Made by a program: the position numbers and the translations under genes. This document shows positions 49,288 to 56,758 of a stretch of DNA of 64,000 nt, in pieces. The notes beneath the pieces are model-generated. The model saw only the letters and a list, made by a program, of their open reading frames with translations. It did no database searches and was not told the origin of the DNA. Each line of letters opens with the position of its first letter. The stretch's first letter is position 1. The stretch lies in the NCBI GenBank assembly GCA_026417175.1, contig JAOADT010000001.1, forward strand, positions 38,918 through 102,917, in the 5' to 3' direction. This DNA comes from Deltaproteobacteria bacterium (GTDB lineage: Bacteria; Desulfobacterota; Syntrophorhabdia; Syntrophorhabdales; JANXAF01).

Positions 49288-49316
49288 ATTAAACAAAATT
49301 TTTTAAAAAATGTCAA
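49288..49316 (-). promoter_or_regulatory. Candidate promoter of the PxxKW gene
   Basis: On the minus strand: TTGACA (49316..49311), 17 nt, TTTAAT (49293..49288). Confidence 0.4.
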
Positions 49317-49327
49317 ATTCTGAAAAT

Positions 49328-49828
49328 CTACATCTGGGAAATAGTTAGCAATAAAGGCCAGGGGTACTCGCCAGGCTTTATTTCATCTAGTATAAACTTG
49401 TAATCCAGCTTTAACGAAAATCTTCTTTCTCCTTTCAAAATTATAACACCCCCGTCTGGTCCCATCTTTGTCTCGCCAAATTGACCTCGCACAAGTACTT
49501 CTTTAAAAATCCCTTTTTCAACTGTGTCAAAGGCAAGCACACAACCCATCCTAGAGTTTGTCGTAAGCTCTACTATTGTCGCAGCCTGAATCTCTACATA
49601 ACCCCTGCTTACATCTTCCTCAGTAATCTTCACCTTTTTCTCCTGGTGTACAATATTTGTTTTTATATAATCTTTAACAAATGCACTGACTGTCAAAGTG
49701 GTGCTCTCTCTTCTACCCTCGGCAAGTACATCATTTACTAAAAAAAATGAAGACAGAAGTAAAAAAGAGATACACAAAGCTAGCCTCCTCTGTATCATCA
49801 GCACTTTTTCTATGGCTTGGGGCTCCAC
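49328..49828 (-). CDS. Hypothetical secreted protein at the distal end of the pilus operon
   Basis: 166-aa ORF. Probable start at MIQRRLALCISFLLLSSFFLVNDVLA (49798), which gives a signal peptide. The remainder is beta-rich, with no recognised family. Confidence 0.5.
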   Translation of the reverse strand: MEPQAIEKVLMIQRRLALCISFLLLSSFFLVNDVLAEGRRESTTLTVSAFVKDYIKTNIVHQEKKVKITEEDVSRGYVEIQAATIVELTTNSRMGCVLAFDTVEKGIFKEVLVRGQFGETKMGPDGGVIILKGERRFSLKLDYKFILDEIKPGEYPWPLLLTISQM

Positions 49829-49854
49829 TAAACCAAGATCTACAAGTATTTCTC

Positions 49855-50130
49855 CTAGCTTTTTGTGAGGTCTTTTTTCTGTTCCATAAGGGCCTTCTTA
49901 ACCTTTTCCTCACTTATGAAGCCTGACCATGCGAGTAACTCCCCTACTCTAAACCCACTAAGACCCAACATGCCTTTTCCTGCTTTCTCTTCTTTCACGA
50001 GAGGGTGTTCTATGGTAAGAGGAACGGGGAGATGTACACTTTCTCCTTTCAGCAAACTAAAGATCTTAAGAATATCCATCTCGTCTTTTTGCCAGTCAAC
50101 TACTATATATTTCGACTTATTGTTCTTCAT
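49855..50130 (-). CDS. Hypothetical small protein with a C-terminal GspE/MshE-N-terminal-like helix motif
   Basis: 91 aa. RVGELLAWSGFISEEKVKKALMEQKK resembles the lGelLv..g.it.eql..AL..Qk motif of T2SS-E N-terminal domains. Confidence 0.4.
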   Translation of the reverse strand: MKNNKSKYIVVDWQKDEMDILKIFSLLKGESVHLPVPLTIEHPLVKEEKAGKGMLGLSGFRVGELLAWSGFISEEKVKKALMEQKKDLTKS

Positions 50131-50147
50131 TTCTCTTTTCTGTTAAT

Positions 50148-50597
50148 TCAGTAACTAATGGTAACAGCCAATTGATCTGTGTAAAATCCCGTGCCCACCT
50201 CTTGGGTTGCAAATACTCTTCCGTAAACTTTTAAAAGAACACTGGAATTCTTTTTTACGTTTGCACGGACAGTATAAGTACCCGATGTGCCATCTCCCCA
50301 TATTCGTGTTCTTGCCGCATCAGTGTAAATGTTGTAATTTAGCATCTCTCCATACTCAACATTTCTTAATCTTCTCGGATTAAATCCGGAGTTAGAACTT
50401 GGTCCAATCGATACCTGCACGTTAGAAGTTTTATCACAATATATCGTTAAAATACCAGTATAATCTGTATGGGAAGAGGAAAGTGGATTATATTCTGAAA
50501 ACGTAAGATTCGAAGCAGTTATTGTACAGAAGCCAATGGCTTTTTCACAAATAAAAAGGAAAATAGATATAGCTAGAAAACTATTTCTCCCAAACAA
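50148..50597 (-). CDS. Spore-coat-U (SCPU) domain pilin-like protein (Csu-type minor subunit)
   Basis: 149 aa. Signal peptide. NYNIYTDAARTRIWGDG and the C-terminal ..YTDQLAVTISY are typical of SCPU/CsuA-B proteins. Confidence 0.65.
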   Translation of the reverse strand: MFGRNSFLAISIFLFICEKAIGFCTITASNLTFSEYNPLSSSHTDYTGILTIYCDKTSNVQVSIGPSSNSGFNPRRLRNVEYGEMLNYNIYTDAARTRIWGDGTSGTYTVRANVKKNSSVLLKVYGRVFATQEVGTGFYTDQLAVTISY

Positions 50598-52796
50598 TTA
50601 TTTCCCCTATATCTATGAAAGGTTCAGAATTATCTGGTATAGAAAGGTGGAAAATGTAGAGCTTTTCTCCGATTATTACTTCCCCCCTGTAGGTACCCGG
50701 ATTAAGGTCTTCTATATAAAATTCTCCTCCCCTTCCGATCAAAAACTTTACCTCTTTTTCCCCATGGCCAAGGATGGCTTCAGAAAGCTCGATAGGTTCT
50801 CCTCCTATTTTTCGCATCCTACCGGTCACCGCACATACCCTTTTCGGGATAAAATCAACGAGGGATCCACCCTTTCGTGGTACGGATAGCTCCTTTTTGT
50901 AATAGGAAAGGCTATAGTCTAAGGGTATATCCTTATCATTTACCTTTATCTCACTTATCAATCTCGATGGAAATGAAGCGATGGCTATCTTACCGTCTTT
51001 TTCAGTTTTTCCAATTTCATTATTTTCTTTGTAGATTCTTACCCCTTCCATATTGGGTACTCGAACTATCAAAAAACCATCATATACTGGTCTGGAAAGG
51101 GCAAACTCTCCTCCCGCGTAAAGTAAGCTTCCCGAACTGCTAATAGTAAGAGCCTTATTTTCATGAACAAGCGAATAAATTCCGTATCTCGAATCGTACT
51201 GTAGACGCGGTTTAATTACTGTATCTCTTTTTTCTGAGTTTACTTCTAAATAGTAACTTAATCCTTCCGCTTGAGGTGGCTTTTTTTGAATTTTAAATCT
51301 CACGTTATCTTCTCGAACACCTAATGTCAAAAAATGTTCTCCAAATTTGTAACTTAAAGAGAGAAAAGCAGTTTTCTTTTCTTTGGAGCTCAGCCCATTG
51401 ATATACAGGACAACATTTTTACTGAGGTTCCTTGAGTAGGAGCCGGAAAGTGTAGCTATTTTTCTAATCTCGTCTCTTATGTAACCCAAAGAAAAAGATC
51501 CAATCTCTGATTTACCGAAACTCAAAGATGATGCTGCAAAAATTCCACGTTTGTCCCACTGTTGTACAACCGTAGCATAATTCTTTTCTATCCAGGCTAT
51601 ATTGAGATCTATCCCGAAATTCTTCGTAAAAAACGAGTAACTTGTCGATAAGCCATAACTTTGATTCCTTCCCCATAAACTAAATGAGGTGTTTATATCG
51701 AAAGAACCGTATAAAGTTGAGATAGTGATTCCTGGACCGAGATTTCCTAACTTGTGTTTCCACTCGCCTCTTAGCCCTGCCGTTAAATTTTTATTGATTC
51801 CGTATCTGTGGATAAATGAAAACACTGGATCTGAGTATTTCTCGCCTTTTTTTAGAAAACCCAAATTATAGCTAAAATCATGTAGTCCCTTTTGTAAGTT
51901 GGATTCACAAACATAAAATGGAAGATAAATGGTCTCTTCTCTTCCAAAAACATCTTTTAAGGTGATCTCAACGTTATGCCTTCCCGTAGACCCTATGATG
52001 TCAGTTAGGCTGAAAGTTCCTGGAGAAAGTTTTTCTTTTTTAACCAAGTATCCGTCTAGAGATACTATCACTTCTGAAGGATATTTAGCGTATCCTTCAT
52101 AGCTAAAAGGCGTTGTCTTAATAAAATACGGATCAAAAGAGTAGTCTTTTGCGTAACTTATTCCTAGAAATGGAAAGCTCGAGGATAGAGCTTTACCAAT
52201 GAAATACCCATCGCCTATTGCTAGGGTTTCATATTTTTTGGGGTTTTCAAGATAAAACGTAGTATAAGTTCTTTTGAAACTTTTAACACCTTCAGAATTT
52301 TCATATACCGAACTACAAAGAAAAAGAAAGTCTCGAAATCTGATACCCAATTCCTGAGGAAACACCAGCTTCTCAACCTGGTTTCCCCTTGTAACATTTG
52401 CTCCATAATTAAAAAAGAAGCTTTTCGAATCTTCCGGTGGGAGTTTTTTTCTTTTAGGTGACACTTCGATTGTTTTTTTTGAAAGTAGACCTGGTGGAAA
52501 CTCAATATGAAGCATGGAGGTTTTTTCGTTTATATGCCATACTACACCTTCGATCTCTCTTAGTGAAACGTACTCTTCAAAAAATTTATTCTTTTTCGGT
52601 TCGTTTACACCCATTTTATAGAGATCCTCAGTCCTTATGTAAAATTCTTCATTTCTTTTCAAAATAAAGAAGTCCCCTTTTTTTTCCCATTCACTTCAAC
52701 CCCTAGAACAAGAACTTCTTCCGCAAAGCTTCGAGCTACCGCCAATAAGAAGAGAACGACCAGAAGTTTAATTCTCCAAGTGAATCCATCTTTCAA
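50581..52796 (-). CDS. Fimbrial outer-membrane usher (CsuD-like), interrupted by a -1 frameshift at an A8 tract
   Basis: The large ORF 50581..52662 has no signal peptide, and its 'M' is a TTG artefact. A 45-codon ORF begins at TTG 52796, with GAGGA 8 nt upstream. It encodes MKDGFTWRIKLLVVLFLLAVARSFA|EEVLVLGVEVNGKKKG and stops at 52659..52661. A shift of -1 within GGGAAAAAAAAGGGG (52674..52688) joins it to ...DFFILKRNEEFYIRTEDL... Confidence 0.65.
52678..52685 (-). other. A8 homopolymer / A_AAA_AAG slippery heptamer at the usher frameshift site
   Basis: The plus strand has T8 at 52678..52685. In the upstream frame the minus strand reads GGG AAA AAA AAG GGG. Confidence 0.7.
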
Positions 52797-53511
52797 TTTT
52801 GAAGTCCTCATCAGACCGGACCACAACTTGTACCTTTGAAAGCTCGCGAGCTTTAATATGATCTATCCCAAAGGAAAAATGTTTTCGTTTTCCAGGCAGT
52901 ATATACCAGCCGTTCTCACGTGAAGATATGATTTCTTCCCCGGATTTATTTAAACCCCGTATTTTTACTTCATTCGCTATAAAATGAGTATTACCCGTAT
53001 TAGAGACAGCTATAACAAGTTTATTGTCTATTATTTCTGCAATCTCTACATTGCCTGATCTCTTTTTGTAATAAGGTGACAAGAATACGGGGATGGATAC
53101 TCTAAGGAGGATACTTACGGTAGCTCCATGTTTTATGTCAGATTTTATCGGAGGTAATTCCTCTACCATTATCCTGTATGTACCCTCTTTTTCAAAGGTA
53201 CTCTTTTGGCAACCAATTCTTATTACTTTTTCCTCGGAAGGTTTTAGTTGGACAATCTTTGGAAAGATAACGATATCGTTTGTTTCCTCATAAATATCAT
53301 TTCCGTTGTCATCCTGTTCCCAAGAATATACTCTAATTTGTATACTGAGATCTTTGGTGTCTACATTCTTTATAGTAAGTTTGTCAGTTAGATTTTTAGA
53401 ATCTAGAAAAATCTTGACAGGATATATATCAAAAACTGCGCATTTCACATCAAAGCAGATCACAAAGTTAATGAGAATTAGGAAAATAAATAAGGTACGT
53501 TTTTTTACCAT
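52768..53511 (-). CDS. Periplasmic pilus chaperone (PapD-like / CsuC-like)
   Basis: 247 aa. Signal peptide, then an Ig-like fold pattern (VFDIYPVKIFL...LTIKN...IRVYSW...FPKIVQLKPSEEKVIRI). Confidence 0.7.
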   Translation of the reverse strand: MVKKRTLFIFLILINFVICFDVKCAVFDIYPVKIFLDSKNLTDKLTIKNVDTKDLSIQIRVYSWEQDDNGNDIYEETNDIVIFPKIVQLKPSEEKVIRIGCQKSTFEKEGTYRIMVEELPPIKSDIKHGATVSILLRVSIPVFLSPYYKKRSGNVEIAEIIDNKLVIAVSNTGNTHFIANEVKIRGLNKSGEEIISSRENGWYILPGKRKHFSFGIDHIKARELSKVQVVVRSDEDFKIERWIHLEN

Positions 53512-53560
53512 AGATTATCCTCCTTTGATAATAAGAAGAAAGGGGGTGTTTACCCCCTTT

Positions 53561-54025
53561 TTAGTATGAAACGGTCGCTGTGAGCGTCCTTGTGTAGTTT
53601 CCCGTCCCCACATCTTGCTGGGCAGGGATCCTACCGTAGGCCCCTATTTGGATTGGAGAAGAATTCTGAGCCTGTCCCGTAATTCCAGGGGAGTTGTTTG
53701 GAAAAGCCTGGGTACGAGCTGCATCTCTGTATATCTCGAAACTTAGCTGCTCGTTCTCCGGCCCGATCATAGTTCTCGTCCCGGAGATGTAAACGTCATA
53801 ATTAGTTCTTTTGACACACTGAATGGTAATGTTCCCATCACCATCTTTCGGGTTGGAACTCGTAGGGTCATATTCTCCAAAATTGATATCTCCTACGCTA
53901 GATATTCTGCATTTTGCCGAGACACTCGCAGTAACTTGCATGTTTGCAGTGTCAGTCGCTGCAAGGGCGAAATAAGGAGTCAAAACGATCCCGACTAAAA
54001 AGATTACCATTAGATGCTTTTTCAT
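53561..54025 (-). CDS. SCPU-domain major pilin-like protein (CsuA/B-like)
   Basis: MKKHLMVIFLVGIVLTPYFALA signal peptide. FEIYRDAARTQAF and the C-terminal YTRTLTATVSY. The ATG at 54025 is preceded by GGGAGGG. Confidence 0.65.
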   Translation of the reverse strand: MKKHLMVIFLVGIVLTPYFALAATDTANMQVTASVSAKCRISSVGDINFGEYDPTSSNPKDGDGNITIQCVKRTNYDVYISGTRTMIGPENEQLSFEIYRDAARTQAFPNNSPGITGQAQNSSPIQIGAYGRIPAQQDVGTGNYTRTLTATVSY

Positions 54026-54285
54026 ATTACCCTCCCTTAGCAATTTTTTTATAATTTTTTGAGCCCTTACTGACTTCCTTTACCTCCTTTCTGGGCCTTT
54101 ATCTGTCCAATATTAGTCGAAAAGTGTCTTAGGGCAATAATATGTGTCCGATACCTGATAGAGATAGCCTTATACCTTATAAATTTTTAGGGTATATAGC
54201 TTGATGAAAAAGTGAAAAATTTCTTTTTTTACAATTTGTATTGACACAGAATAATATTGAAGGTTACTCTTTACTTAAGTTAACT

Positions 54286-54705
54286 ATGCCTATTCTGGAA
54301 AAGGATAACGATATACGTAAAATATTAGCTGAGAGTAAAAATGTAGCTGTGTATGGGATCACGAAGGATGCTCAGAAACCAGCTTATTACGTACCTAAGG
54401 TTTTGAAAGATAAAGGGTTTAAATTGATTGGAGTGAACCCTAAATACGCAGGAGAGGAGATTTTGGGTGCAAAAGTTTTAAAATCGCTTGCTGAAATACC
54501 TGATGAGATAGACGTTATTTTAATTTTCAGACCTCCAAGCGAGGTACCTCAAATACTAAAAGAAGCTTACATTAAGGGGTTTAAAACCTTCTGGATGCAA
54601 CCGGGAACCGTAAACGACGAAGTAAAAAGGGAACTTAATGAGAAAGGATATAATGTGGTTGCGGGAAAATGCATGAAAATAGAAAGCGAGAAGCTTTTAA
54701 AATGA
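54286..54705 (+). CDS. CoA-binding domain protein (YccU/YneT-like)
   Basis: IRKILAESKNVAVYGITKDAQKPAYYVPKVLKDKGFKLIGVNPKY...VDVILIFRP. The start at ATG 54286 fits the family N-terminus; the track start is TTG 54241. Confidence 0.75.
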   Translation: MPILEKDNDIRKILAESKNVAVYGITKDAQKPAYYVPKVLKDKGFKLIGVNPKYAGEEILGAKVLKSLAEIPDEIDVILIFRPPSEVPQILKEAYIKGFKTFWMQPGTVNDEVKRELNEKGYNVVAGKCMKIESEKLLK

Positions 54706-54974
54706 AGGAGATAAGAGTTTTTACTACAAAAACTTGACCATTCTGTCATAAAGTGAAAGAGTTCCTTTCACTAAAAGGATTTACATTCCAAGAGATCGAT
54801 GTCTCTTATGATCCAGAAGCCTTGGAAGAACTCAGGAAACTCGCTCATAGACTAGTGGTACCGGCAACAGTGATAAATAATGAAGTGAAAGTAGACTTCG
54901 ACCAAAAAAACTTTAGAGGAAAAGCTAAAGTAAAGTTAAATGTCTATCATACTCTCTTTGGTGGGAAGCCCTAG
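54702..54974 (+). CDS. Glutaredoxin-like selenoprotein (U-P-F-C redox motif)
   Basis: The ATG at 54702 overlaps the upstream TGA (ATGA). The frame reads MKEIRVFTTKT-U-PFCHKVKEFLSLKGFTFQEIDV..., with TGA at 54735..54737 at the first Cys of a CPxC glutaredoxin motif. The track ORF 54753..54974 is the in-frame 3' part. Confidence 0.8.
54753..54771 (+). promoter_or_regulatory. SECIS-like stem-loop downstream of UGA 54735..54737
   Basis: GTGAAAG-AGTTC-CTTTCAC: a perfect 7-bp stem with a 5-nt loop, starting 15 nt after the UGA. Confidence 0.55.
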
Positions 54975-55923
54975 AAAAGAAGGTTCATCCGAAAGACTTC
55001 TTCGCCTACTTTTAGAAGAAATCGAAGGCAGGCCTTTCTTGAATAGAATTGTGCACGTTTCCGATTTTAACATATCTCCCTGTCAGGGTTGCCGTTTCTG
55101 CGAGGAAAAAGGGTACTGTCGCATAAAAGACGACATGGAACAACTTTATTTCTTGTTTGGGGAGTCTGATCTGATTTTGATCGCTACCCCTATATTTTTT
55201 TACAATTTTCCTGCTCAGTTTAAAGCGCTGATAGACAGAATGCAGACGCTCTGGGCCCGGAAGTATCGTTTGGGTCTGAATGATCCTAAACGTGACAAAA
55301 GGTATGCATTTATCGTTGCAGTAGGGGCCACAAAAGGGAAAAACCTTTTTCTGGGTCTGGAGCTAACAGCAAAATATTTTCTCGATGCGGTCGGTGCTAA
55401 ACTTTTCGGGCTCTGGGGTTTGAGAGGCGTGGATAAACCACAAGATATTTTTAATTTTCCAGAATCATTAGAAGAGCTCAGAGATAGAGCAAAAGGGTTA
55501 ATTGAAACCCTGTCAAAGAAAAAGAGGATCCTTTTTCTTTGTCGGGAGAACGCCTGTAGAAGCCAGATGGCAGAGGCCTTTTTTCAGTTATACGGAGGCG
55601 ACCAATTCGAAGCCTTAAGCGCGGGAGACAAACCTGCATCACAGGTGAATCCTAAAGCAATTGAGGTCATGGCCGAACAAGGTTTAGACATTTTCTATCG
55701 TAAACCTAAGAACTTGAACAATTTACTCGGTCTTGCCCCTTTTGATTGGATTGTAACTATGGGGTGCGAGATTAATTGTCCGGTTGTGCCCGCAAAAAAA
55801 AGGGTTGAATGGCAGATTGAAGACCCGTCGCACGGATCCCTACAAAAATTTAGGGAGGTGAGAGACAAGATTCACGAGAAAGTAAAAGAGCTTATGGAGG
55901 TGGTAAAAAATGAAAGAGCTTAA
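54940..55923 (+). CDS. Fusion protein: N-terminal iron-sulfur-flavoprotein (Isf)-like NADPH-dependent FMN reductase domain + C-terminal LMW-PTP/ArsC-type arsenate reductase domain
   Basis: N-terminus: [15 protein letters not shown]... with the compact Cys motif [13 protein letters not shown] (CX2CX2CX5C). C-terminus: [19 protein letters not shown] (CX5R-S P-loop), as in thioredoxin-coupled ArsC. Confidence 0.75.
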   Translation: MSIILSLVGSPRKEGSSERLLRLLLEEIEGRPFLNRIVHVSDFNISPCQGCRFCEEKGYCRIKDDMEQLYFLFGESDLILIATPIFFYNFPAQFKALIDRMQTLWARKYRLGLNDPKRDKRYAFIVAVGATKGKNLFLGLELTAKYFLDAVGAKLFGLWGLRGVDKPQDIFNFPESLEELRDRAKGLIETLSKKKRILFLCRENACRSQMAEAFFQLYGGDQFEALSAGDKPASQVNPKAIEVMAEQGLDIFYRKPKNLNNLLGLAPFDWIVTMGCEINCPVVPAKKRVEWQIEDPSHGSLQKFREVRDKIHEKVKELMEVVKNERA

Positions 55924-56011
55924 GGACGGATGCGTTAAACCTGCAAGAGGTCCCATTATCAAGAAAGATGGGGTAGAAGAAAGGCAAACCAATATTGATA
56001 AGGGGGTCCCT

Positions 56012-56605
56012 ATGAGAGCACGAGTCGGAAAGGAAGCTATAGATTTTGAGGCAAACGGTTTTGTGAGGGACGAAGGCTTCAAACAGATCAGACTTTCCGA
56101 TTATAAAGGTAAGTGGATAGTACTATGTTTTTATCCTGGAGATTTCACCTTTGTTTGACCAACAGAACTTGCGGCAGTTGCCGCACTATACAGCGAGTTT
56201 CAGAAGCTCAATTGCGAAGTATTATCTGTGAGCACAGACAGTCGTTTCGTACACAAGGTATGGCATGATGAAGAGCTCTCAAGGATGGTCAAAAATGGGA
56301 TTCCTTTCCCGATGCTCTCTGATCCCGGAGGAAAAATTGGAGAGCTCTACGGTGTATATGACGAAGATGCTGGTGTAGATATCCGGGGAAGATTCATAAT
56401 AGACCCAGACTTTATAATAAGGGCTGTGGAGATACTTACCCCAGAGGTCGGTAGAAACCCTGATGAGTTATTAAGACAGTTAAAGGCCTTCCAGCATGTT
56501 AGAGAAACAGGAGAGGTAACACCCTCTGGTTGGCAACCAGGCAAAGTAACACTTAAGCCCAGTCCAAATCTTGTGGGAAAGGTATGGGAGATTTGGAAGC
56601 CATAG
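56012..56605 (+). CDS. Peroxiredoxin (AhpC/Prx1 type) selenoprotein, with Sec at the peroxidatic position
   Basis: ORFs 55910..56158 and 56228..56605 are in one frame, joined by TGA 56156..56158: ...[22 protein letters not shown]..., against the canonical FYPLDFTFVCPTE. Probable start [14 protein letters not shown] at 56012, with AGGGGG 5 nt upstream. An alternative upstream ATG lies at 55910. Confidence 0.85.
56170..56185 (+). promoter_or_regulatory. SECIS-like stem-loop downstream of UGA 56156..56158
   Basis: TGCGGC-AGTT-GCCGCA: a perfect 6-bp GC-rich stem with a 4-nt loop, starting 11 nt after the UGA. Confidence 0.55.
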
Positions 56606-56660
56606 GTAAAACACCTTTTAAGTTTTTGAACCAAGTTCAGGTATTTTTAACTGAATTTTC

Positions 56661-56689
56661 TTGACAAGCGGTCGCTACTGGTGTAAAAG
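56661..56689 (+). promoter_or_regulatory. Candidate promoter of the TRAP transporter operon
   Basis: TTGACA (56661..56666), 17 nt, TAAAAG (56684..56689). Confidence 0.35.
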
Positions 56690-56758
56690 AGGATGGAAGG
56701 CTGTATACAAAATAATAATAAAAAAACCGAAATATATCACTGAAAGGGGGGGAATAAA

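Noticed and set aside
49731-49913. 60-aa ORF bridging the two hypothetical genes at the end of the pilus operon
   Set aside because: It overlaps both neighbouring ORFs in another frame, is arginine-rich and low-complexity, and has no RBS.
52660-52662. TTG 'start' of the usher ORF given by the ORF track
   Set aside because: It would yield an outer-membrane usher without a signal peptide. The signal peptide and the N-terminal strand are encoded just upstream in the +1-offset frame (see the frameshift finding).
55910-56011. 34-codon N-terminal extension of the peroxiredoxin (ATG 55910)
   Set aside because: The extension has no counterpart in peroxiredoxins and overlaps the end of the upstream gene. 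An internal ATG (56012) with an SD gives the canonical N-terminus. It is kept only as an alternative start.
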